A stretch of DNA of 64,000 nucleotides from Bugula neritina (lineage: Eukaryota > Animalia > Bryozoa). Below the pieces are notes generated by a model. That model saw nothing but the letters and a program-made list of their open reading frames with translations, searched no databases and had not been told where the DNA came from. Shown in pieces: positions 15,101 through 27,100 of the stretch. Numbering within the stretch: the stretch's first letter is position 1; each line of letters starts with the position of its first letter. The position numbers were made by a program, and so were the translations under genes. The stretch spans positions 33,479,504 to 33,543,503 of the forward strand of contig OZ037765.1 in assembly GCA_964035545.1 (NCBI GenBank). The letters are read 5' to 3'.

Positions 15101-18100
15101 CAACTCTAAAGGAAGCCATGTTGAATTCTCACTGCAGACCCTTTCTTGTCTGAGTCTAGTCGGGTACCCAGGGAGGGAGAAGCCGACCTTACAAGTGTAG
15201 TGTACGACATCGCCAAGAGTGCTTCCATTAGCTACACCCAGATTATAGAGTATAAGTTTATGTTAAAGATTACTGGCAACATTGCTAATGAGCTAAATCG
15301 AAAATGCTAGATTATAAAAAAAACTGAAAGAATTTCAAAATCCTTGAAAGATGCTTTGTAAGTATTATATAGGAAATGAAAGTTAAACTTTATCAATATT
15401 TTAGGTTTCATAATAATTAAACTGAAAAGACGAAAATTTGGATATAAGTGCTGTATAAATTTGTTGCTAGCTTTGCTATACTTTATTAAAAGTGAAAGAA
15501 AAATACATTTGACAGAAAACAGTAAACATAAATAACTCAGTGGTGCAATAGCAGTGCAGCATACAAGGAATGTGAGATTAGCTCAATTATATGTTCTAAA
15601 CACACAATACTATACCGGCAGCAGCAGCATTAGAGAGACTAGGAGGATCAGGGCAGCGTATCAAGTTACAAGAGAAGACAACTTCAGACCATCTTCCGTG
15701 CTCAGTACATTTTACAATACCAGCTCCTTGCATCTCGTATCCTAATACATACCGGGGGAGATAAATTCAATATTTAGTGGTACAAACAATGTTCTCATAG
15801 TTCTATTTAGGCTTTTGAGAAATATTGTCATCAAAACTTAAAAACAAAATTCAAATGGATCTGTTGCTTAGCAACAGATCCATTTGGAGTAAACAATACG
15901 TTTTACCAACCCAAAGGCTATTTCAGACTTATTAAATATTCACTAAAAACACAATCCCTATAAATGCAAAGTAAAGACAAAGTGTGTATATTCCGTGACA
16001 CCACTGCTGCAGTGAGAACACTGAAGTTTAGCGTTAGTTCTACTTGCCAGGAGAAAGGTAGGACTTAGAGTATAAGCAGTGATAACTATCATAAACTACA
16101 TCTTATATATTCTACCTTCAGTGCAGCTGTAAACTGCTTCTGCCATGTAAAAAGTAGAAAAAGTTTTTAAAGTAGCCTGAGAAACTTCAGGGGGTGACTC
16201 CAGACATGACACAGGGTGGCACACTGGGTAACCCCCACTCCACTCTCCATTTGATAGACACTGCAACTCTTCTTCTCCTGTGGGTATATACAATATTACG
16301 TACGTATTTATATATGTGTGTGCTAAAAATATACTGATGTATGAACATACAATCAGGCGGGACATAAGCTAATAGGCGGGACACGTGTCTCACCTATCAA
16401 CTTGTATCCCGTCTCACAGCTGAACGTCAGTGTGGAGCCGAAGTTGAGACTGGAGCTGTTAGCAGAAGACACACGGTACTCTGAATAGCCTGGGGTTGGG
16501 CAGACAATTGGCACACAAACTGGGTACGGGGCGTTCCACTCGCCCCCTTCCGTGCATTCCAGAGATGGCAAACCATTTATATTATGACCTAAAATTACAT
16601 ATAATATATTTTTTCCGTTCATCAATGTGGAAATTAGTTAAGAAAAACTAAAATTATTTTGTAACTTCAACGTAGAAGCTTTTTAAATTTCTAAAAAATA
16701 TTAAAAGCGCTACAAGAGTATAAATATCCATAAAAGTGCATAAAGTTTGGTTACAGGAATAGGTTATCTGATTGGCTGTGGTGACTACACCAACATTCCT
16801 ACAAGTTTCTAAAAATAGATTTGAAAAGACGCTTTTTTGAAAAGCTTGTATATTACCTAAACAAGCAGTATATATTAGTATAGCCGACCTGAGAGACAGG
16901 AAATGCTGATGGTGTCACCAAATTGGTGCAGATCCTGTAGCTTAGAATCTGACACAATAATGCTGTGGGGAATTAGGGGTGGGGGACATTGACGTCTCGT
17001 ACAGATGAAGTCGGGCTCTAGCCATGTGGTACCTAAACATGGCACAGTTGTATTTCCTGTGACCTCCCATCCTTGCAAACATTGGTATTCGGCTACTAGT
17101 GTCCCCGTACTCTATGTGAAAATGTTGAAGGAATGAAGGCTAACGAATAACCAAATGTTAGCTGACTGTTTTCCATTCAAAACCACCGAGTTGAAAGATG
17201 TGGGTGATATGAAAGTTGCAACAACAGCTGCACATGTAAACACCATTAAATTCTTAGAACTTTTGTAAACAATTCTAACATACGAAAATTTTAAATTCAA
17301 AAGGTCATCTAACACTTTCTAATAAACTAGGAATTCACTGAATTAAATCTACCATCAACATAATATGCTTTGTGGAATTTATTATGACATGACAAGTTTT
17401 GAATAAAACATGCAAATTTAAATGAAAATTTTTTTAAAGGTTTTTGTTTTCCTACGCTGTATAGGAGAAAATATATACTTAATCAAATGAGAAAACAAAA
17501 CTTTGAATGAGCAAATCTCAAGCCTTCTAAAACCATAAAAAGTTTTAGTACAAATTTGAAGTAAAATTTGAAATGCAAACTATATAATAGGCAATGTAAA
17601 TGCTAATTAAAAGAGACTTGTGCTAATGACATTTCCAAATCTCCTGATATGACTACCGAAGCCAATAAACTGACAGGAAATGAGTACACAAGCAGTTCTC
17701 ACATTGTCAGTCACGGCTAGAGCTCCGTCTATGATTGGTGGGTTGGTCATGCACTGACTAATAGGATCGCACAAAGGAAAAGCTGAGCTCCAATCACCAG
17801 TGATGTTACATTCTACCTCAGCTGCTCCCAGCAACAAATATCTGCAGCATATTCAACTAGTGCAATATACTTTTGGCTAGTCGACTCAAATTTATGCGTT
17901 TTAGAAAGATGTGGTCCTAAGAAAAACAGAAAGTCGTAATTGGTTCACATGACTTGTTTTCTTGAATAAAAGTTACTGCAGCAGCTGTACTTTGCCAGCA
18001 TCTCAATCTTCAGAGACAAAATATTTATGGTTTTCATAATGGCAGTTGCATTCAACATTTAGTAGAACAAAATCTTGGTTTTGCTTCCACATTTGAGTCA

Positions 18101-21100
18101 CTGAAAAAGTCAATTCCCCTTCCCCCTCTTTCTCTCCCTCTCTCCACTCTCTTTCTGTCACACGATTATTACGCAAAGTTCTACTCTATCTAATAACTTT
18201 CTTACCCTCTCCCACAAGAGAAGGTCAATCTATCACCGTAACCGAAAACTGAATCTTGTGTGCGGGAGAAATTTTTCAGTTCCAGAGAACTTTCGGCATA
18301 CGTCGCTGAAACAAATAATGACGGAGCAACTTCTGGCGCTTCGCACTCAATTCCTGTAAAGAGTTATGAATATTTCTTGTAAGGAAGAAAGTGTTGAATA
18401 TTTAAAATTTGATGCATTATAGCAGATTTTATTCATAGCCTTGGTTCTTATTAATATTCGTAGCCAAATGATCTACTCTTAAAAATCTATTGCAATACTA
18501 AAAGAAAATGTAAATCTCAATGTTGGTAAAAATCAACAAATAACTTAAAAAGATTGATTTTATGGAGCTTTTACAACTTTTTAACGATGAAAATAAACAT
18601 AATTTTCTTTAAAAATTACTGTCATATAATTATATGTTCATACTAAAGTGCAGTATAATATTAAATTACAATGTAATAGAATGTAAGATATTATTTCACT
18701 TTAATATTATGCAAACTATAACACAATATGTTTTATGACACTATATTACATGATATTACAGTTTATGATGTTGACTTAAACTACTACTATACTATAACAT
18801 AATAGAGTAAATCGATTCTCACGTTCACAGGGAGACGGAAGGCCTGTCCAGGATGTGTTAGCAGAGCAAACTAGTTCACCTCCTCCAGTGTAGCCTGGGG
18901 TACAGTGATAAACAGCTACGCTACCGTATGTAGTGCTGTTAGTTATCAGATTGATAACATGGGATGAAGAAGGTGGAGCACCACAGTCTATTACTGTGAA
19001 TTATACATGTTCAAAGTTTGTGACAAAAGAGAACGCATAAAATATTCTAGTTGTTGTATGCATTAAAAGTAGAAATTCACACAGGAACAAAAGAGAAACT
19101 TAGACAGCCTAGTACCAGAACCTCTATCAGAAAACAAGCCTTGAGCAATCGATATAGCGTAGAGATCTATGGCTTTGTATCAATTCACAATTTTTAAGAC
19201 TAAAATTGTTAACTAGTTGAGTTCAGTAAGAAATAATGTAGTTTAACAACATTTCATATGGTATTAAATAATAGATAAACCATCTAACGAAAAAACCTAC
19301 TTTGACAGCTGGGCGGGGTAGCCGACCACTCCCCGGTTACTCTGCACGATCTCTGGCTAACCCCTATCAATTGGTATCCCGTCTCACAGTTGTATATAGC
19401 CACACCAGCAGTTGACAGGTCTGACCACATGACTGTACCATGGTCTGGGTGGTGCAACTCCTCGCACGCTGTATAGACAACACAATACCGCTAGAGGTTT
19501 GGGATAGTCCAACACTAGTCTACTGTGACTACTGCTAAAAGTTTGTATAATCTTCAAGAAGCTATTTAAGTAAAGTAAACATCTATTTTTTGTTTTTATT
19601 TCGCACTTCAACTGCTTTTAAGTTATGTTTTATTTCTTGACTAATACCTATTTTGGTAGACACCCGATAGATTTCAGGTAAATTATTACAAACCAGAGTA
19701 ACATGACACCTGTAGCAGTGTCAAATGTATTACTACATCACAGGTAACATGTGTCATATGTGACTATGTGTCATGACACACGCAACATGTGTCATGTGAT
19801 AAATGACACATGTGACAGATATGACTAGCCGTGTATTGACTATGAAAACAAAAGTGTAGTTCACATAATTAATATAAAATTTAAGGTCGTTAGTTCACCT
19901 TCAGGTCATTTAAGAACTTTTAATGTGTTTAGCTTTCATAGAGAGAATAACTTATAGAACACATCCTTACTATCACTCTCAAAGTTACCTGCACAGAAAG
20001 TTGAGTTGAGAATGATGACGTCATCTGTGACAGTTAACTTAAACTCTGCCCACGACACGACGTCTCCACTGAAGTCGTCACAGAAAGTGTGCATGGCCTG
20101 AACCTCGTGGGGTAAGAGAATGTAACTCCAGACATTCAGGTTGGCCAGTTGACCAATGAATGACTCCATGCCATTGAAGGACAGATCAAGGTCATCTTGT
20201 TCCTGACCAATGACAAGCCGACCTCCACCTGCACACACAGGAAGTGTTGGTGAAGGACATTAGTTGTCAATAAGTAAAAATGGTCATTCTAATGAATATG
20301 TTAGAAAAGTTACAATTGGAAAGAGAAAAGTAAGTAGTTCCAAATTGAGCGAGCTATTAGAAGAAATTGATCATGAACTTTTTTAATTACTACTATATTT
20401 ATGTGTTGCTTCGAAAAAATTAAGAAATAAAGAAGTCATAAATCATTAATAGAAAACATTGCAAAAGTAATTTGAGAACTGTAACTACAACTATTGTAGC
20501 TAAAGCATTATGACCTTGAAAAGATACAGTCTATAGACCAAACTAAACTGTTATGAAAGAGTGAAGGTCCTCAGGTTATTGACGTCTGGTGATGAAACAG
20601 TACTCAGGATGACCTGGCACCTCTTGCACTTCTTATGTCATATGTTAAAGTGACGGTATAGTATATAAGGTACATCACCTGATATAGCAGTATACTGACT
20701 GTATAGTATATAAGGTACATCACCTGATATAGCAGTATACTGACTGTATAGTATATAAGATACATCACCTGATATAGCAGTATACTGACTGTATAGTATA
20801 TAAGGTACATCACCTGATATAGCAGTATACTGACTGTATAGTATATAAGATACATCACCTGATATAGCAGTATACTGACTGTATAGTATATATAGAGTAG
20901 GTCACCTGATATAGCAGTATCAGCAGCCAATAAGCTGCCACTATTCACCAAAACACCGTCCAGAAACATCTGCCACATCCCCTGTACGCTGGTCCAACAT
21001 ACGACCACATGGTGCCACAGTCCGTCATTCACTTTAAGACCAGTCACTCTTCTCTCATTGTTCACGTATACCACTAGTCTACAAATGAATAGGGAGGAGG

Positions 21101-24100
21101 GGGCTTGATATTTAGATTATTATAATACTTCAGATGGCAGTTTCTAGCCAATGCTGTGTAGATTATAAACATATGTACTTTACACTAATGGTTGACCAAG
21201 AAAATGTACCATTTAGTCTCATATAATAACACCTATAAGTAAAACATTTGTTTCCTATATATAATAAAATAATTTATCTGAAACTATAAAAGTATTAAAT
21301 AGTTTTTAGTGAGAAATACTTTTAAGACTTATAAAAAACTTACCTTCCAAGAAATTTAGTTAAGTATTTTAAATCTACTAGAAAAAAACAAGTTGCACTA
21401 ATAAAGTTGTTATGGGAATTAATCACAGGCTCTGGAGTCCCAGAATCTTCTCTAGCAGTCGTATGTTAGAGACACCAACTCCAGTATAATGCAAAGTATC
21501 ACTGTATCAATATGTCGAGTGGCTACCAATTATTGCCTTGAACAAAAGGCATACTGCATCACTTCAAGTCTGTATCAGAAAAACAAATTGAAAGTGTTGA
21601 TTACAAAACACCTAACACAGCTATTACCTGTTGTAATCAGTGAGAGTAAAGGCGTTGGCGAACTCATAGTTGGCATAAGAGAACGGTGTGCCAGTATGTG
21701 ACGTGTCGTTAGCTTTCAGCCAAAGAGAAATGCAGAGAGAGGAGAAAGCATCTAGTTCTGAGATACTAACTGTAGAGTATGACTCATCAGCACCGTCAAA
21801 CCACATCATGTAATCAGACGTCAGCTCTGCAGCAAATAAAACAGACTGTGACTTCAAAATTAGTGCTATTATACTGAATAGACCACAAAACTAAGGTGTA
21901 AGGTTGGCATGTAACTTTACTGTACAAAAAATATTTGACAATTTACACAAATAGAATAGAGAAATTAAGTTTTATTTTCTAGCTTTAGACTGAAAATCAC
22001 TTCAAACTAAGTTAGCAACACAGCCAAAGGATTTTAGATACAACACAGGAGTAGTTGTGATTAGATTATCACACAGTACATGCTGACACTTGACCTACTT
22101 CTCTCACAGTACATGCTGACACTTGACCTACTTCTCTCACAGTACATGCTGACATTGACCTACTTCTCTCACAGTACATGCTGGCATTGACCTACTTCTC
22201 TCACAGTACATGCTGACATTGACCTACTTCTCTCACAGTACATGCTGACATTGACCCACTTCTCTCACAGTACATGCTGACATTGACCTACTTCTCTCAC
22301 AGTACATGTTGAAACTTGACCTACTTCTCTCACAGTACATGCTGACATTGACCTACCTCTTTCACAGAGTAGGCATTATGCCTTCTCCTGATGGAACACA
22401 GTTGGAGCTACTTAGAATTTATTTTAAGCAATGTTTTAATCTGTTATATTGACAATGTAAAGTAGTTGAAGACACGTCTAACAATCATTTAGAACCAGAA
22501 ATAAAGAAACTTTAAAAGAAATGACTTTTTAACACGCTGCATTATAACTTTAAGTTTATTGTGCAGGATTCCTATAAAATAAAACTTGTTAGAAGTTTTG
22601 CAACATTTTGTGTGCCTCAAAGTCATATGGTTATTAAACTATTAATATTCTGCAAAAGTAGAATTATATCTTATCCTGGAACCCTACAGTAACAAGTTAG
22701 TGTTGGTTACTCATTTTAGGTAAAATTAGAAACTCTCTGTAAAATACCTCTTTCACAAAAGATGCCACCGAATCCAGGATTACAGATACACAGGAAGCTG
22801 TTATGTTGATCTTCACAGATGGCGCTGTTTTGGCACGGCTGAGACTGACACTCATCTACATCCTGTTCACAGAGCTCTCCGGCAAACCCAGGCTCACAGG
22901 TACACCTGTAACACAGTGTCATACATAGATGCACACACCTGTAACAGAGTGTCATACAGATATACATATACCTTTAACACAGTGTCATACATAAATACAC
23001 AAACCTGTGACACAATGGTATAGTGTTCTAGTATAGAGCATAACTACTAAAGATAGCAAATACTATAAATAGATTAATTCAGCAGATATGAAGTGTGACT
23101 ACCTGAATGAGCCAGGGCTATTGACGCAGACGCCATTGTTGAAACATGGCTGACTCACACATTCGTTGACATCACTCTCGCAGAAGACACCCTTGTATCC
23201 AACATGGCAGCCACAGCTGAACCCTCCTATCTCGTTGATACACGTGGAGTTGTTCACACATGGTAGTGTCACACATTCATCAACGTCTGCTTCACATCTA
23301 CTTCCTGTGAATCCTTGCATACACTGACAGTCGTAGCCCCCAAATCTGTGGATGCATGTTCCACCATTCAGACAGGGTGCTGAGGCACACTCCTCAACCT
23401 CCGCCTGCAGTGAGTAGGGAAGAGTAGTTGATTGATACAGAAGTACCACTGTGTTGAGAGAAATATTACTAAAATACAACTGGAACTGTTGCTAAGTAAA
23501 AAATAAACTCTCTGTGTACAATTGCTATTAGAATTATGTTAGAACTAACATAGTTCTCTCTAAGGGAAAAAATAAATGTACCATGAATCAGACGTAGAAG
23601 GAAAAAAATATTATACATATATTATATCACATATTACTTGTTGTTAGAAAATAAACGCTACATAAATCAGTAAATGATATTGATTTTAGAACCTGCGCCA
23701 CCTTGAATTTAGCCTATAACCTTAGTACCATGAAACACTGTGTATGTAAGTACGACACTGTCACCTCACACCGCTGCCCCGTCCAACCCTGAGGGCAGAT
23801 GCACCTGAACTCGTCTATACCGTCTTCACACCGTCCACCATTCTGACAGGGGGAGCTGTGACATTCGTTGACCTCTATCTCACAGAACGTACCTGAGAGG
23901 TCAATAGAAATGCTTTAGTTTACTTATGGGTCAATGTGCTACACTGCAGGAGTAACTACGGAGTAAGTTGTAATAGTAATTTCTACTTATTTAAGCACAG
24001 TTATATAATTATTATTTATGTTTGTATGATTTTAGCTTACCTTCAGAAATTTCAAGATGAATGAAAATATAGTAAAATAATATAGCTATGAGCTCACTAT

Positions 24101-27100
24101 TCATTTTACTATAAATTACCGTAATTCAATATTAAATGAATAAATTAATTTCAACGTGTTTATATGTCTAAGTTACAATGATTCACTGATCTACTGTCTG
24201 ATAAATAAAAAAATAAAAAGTTTGAAAAATCATTCTACTAGGCATACTAAAAGTTTTGAGAAATAGAAACAAAGCAGGTTCATTTTAAATTAGATTAGCA
24301 GAGTTCTGTTATTTAATAGTTTTAGTTCCAATTATAGATAGAGAAAAACCTTACTTGGAATTAAAACCAGAGCAATTTCAGACTCAAAACTACAAACTAA
24401 GTCATGACTTGCACGCTGTCGTTACCTGTGAAACCACGCTGACACTGACAGTAAAATCCGTTTGGCAGAGTGTGACAGGTAGAGGATTGCAGACAGGGCA
24501 GGTGGAAACACTCGCTGTATGGTACAGTTTGAGAAGATAATTCCGGGCTTACAATGAGACTGGACAGTGTTGCAGCCTCTAAAATATACAGTAGATACTA
24601 CATACACACAGTAGATACTACATACACACAGTAGATACTACATACATACATTAAATACTACATACATACAGTAATTACTACATACACACAGTAGATACTA
24701 CATACACACAGTAGACACTACATACACACATTAGATACTACATACACACAGTAGATACTACATACACAGTAGATACTACATACACACAGTAGATACTACA
24801 TACACACAGTAGATACTACATACACACAGTAGATACTACATACACACAGTAGATACTACATACACACATTAGATACTACATACACACAGTAGATACTACA
24901 TGCATACAGTAGATACTACATACACACAGTAGATACTACATACACACATTAGATACTACATACACACAGTAGACACTACATACACACAGTAGATACTACA
25001 TACATACAGTAGATACTACATACACACAGTAGATACTATATACACACATTAGATACTACATACACACATTAGACACTACATACACACATTAGATACTACA
25101 TACATACAGTAGATACTACATACACACAGTAGATACTACATACACACATTAGATACTACATACACACAGTAGATACTACATACATACAGTAGATACTACA
25201 TACACACAGTAGATACTACATGAAGACATGCTATTGATATACAAATATACCACAGACCTTGCTTCTTGCACTGAGTGACACTGTAGGCACCAGAATCTTG
25301 AGCCGCTGTACCATTTGGACAGGGGATACAAGATGTACGCCCCATCTCCGATTGATACGAGTACCTAGGGCAATCTATGCAAGGAGCTAGCCCAGTTCTG
25401 GATATGTACCCTCGAATACACAGGGCTGTAAGTTCAACACAACAGTGAGATGTTCACAGCTTGGTAAATTAATTGCAATACTCACTTGGAGATTATAATA
25501 CAAATTACAAACAAAACAATAACCTTTTTTATATCCTGTAACTACGTTAAATAATTTTTTTATTTCAAAACATGGTGAAGCTTAAAAAAGATTACATTTT
25601 TTATAATTTTGATATTGCCCTTTCACAATAAATCTAATTTAATCAAATCTTTTAAAATGCTATCAGATGAAACGAGAAGACAACTTTATGAGGTCACTTT
25701 ATTCATTTGTAACGATTTCTCTTATAAACCTGTCATGTATTGATTTCACTTCCTATTCCTATCATTATGTTAAAACTTCAGCAGCTGATAGTGTTTTACT
25801 TCCCAACTTTGAGTGCGTAGCTGTCTACATATAATGACGCTGATAATCTGCTGCACTATTGTATGATCTAGGTCGAATATAAATCACAGTTAGATATTTG
25901 TAACTCATAGAGTGCAGCTATTAACCAATGAGAATGGAGATCGTCTGCAACTACTGACTATAATACTCACGTCTGCAACTACAGACTATAATACTCACGT
26001 CTGCAACTACAGACTATAATACTCACGTCTGCAACTACTGACTATAATACTCACGTCTGCAACTACTGACTATAATACTCACGTCTGTAACTACAGAATA
26101 AAATACTCACGTCTGCAACTACAGACTATAATACTCACGTCTGCAACTACAGACTATAATACTCACGTCTGCAACTACAGACTATAATACTCACGTCTGC
26201 AACTACAGACTATAATACTCACGTCTGCAACTAGTGACTATAATACTCACGTCTGCAACTACAGAATATAATACTCACGTCTGCAACTACAGAATATAAT
26301 ACTCACGTCTGTAACTACTGACTATAATACTCACGTCTGTAACTACTGACTATAATACTCACGTCTGTAACTACTGACTATAATACTCACGTCTGCAACT
26401 ACAGACTATAATACTCACGTCTGCAACTAGTGACTATAATACTCACGTCTGTAACTACTGACTATAATACTCACGTCTGCAACTACAGACTATAATACTC
26501 ACGTCTGCAACTAGTGACTATAATACTAACGTCTGCAACTACAGACTATAACACTCACGTCTGCAACTACTGAATATAATACTCACGTCTGCAACTACAG
26601 ACTATAATACTCACGTCTGTAATTACTGACTATAATACTCACGTCTGCAACTACAGACTATAATACTCACGTCTGCAACTACAGACTATAATACTCACGT
26701 CTGTAATTACTGACTATAATACTCACGTCTGCAACTACAGACTATAATACTCACGTCTGCAACTAGTGACTATAATACTAACGTCTGGGACTACTGACTA
26801 TAACACTCACGTCTGCAACTACAGACTATAACACTCACGTCTGCAACTACAGACTATAATACTCACGTCTGCAACTACTGAATATAATACTCACGTCTGC
26901 AACTACAGACTATAATACTCACGTCTGTAACTACTGACTATAATACTCACGTCTGCAACTACAGACTATAATACTCACGTCTGCAACTAGCGACTATAAT
27001 ACTCACGTCTGGGACTACTGACTATAACACTCACGTCTGCAACTACAGACTATAACACTCACGTCTGCAACTACAGACTATAATACTCACGTCTGCACTC

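Noticed and set aside
3163-19468. Separate CCP-only gene (complement receptor or CSMD-like)
   Set aside because: Splice phases run continuously from the pentraxin exons, with no intervening stop, new signal peptide or CUB domain.
22355-22390. Cryptic 31-nt cassette exon (CAG|GAGAAGG...GAAAGAG|GTAGGT)
   Set aside because: In the incoming phase it contains TGA and its length is not 3n; at most a poison exon, with no supporting evidence.
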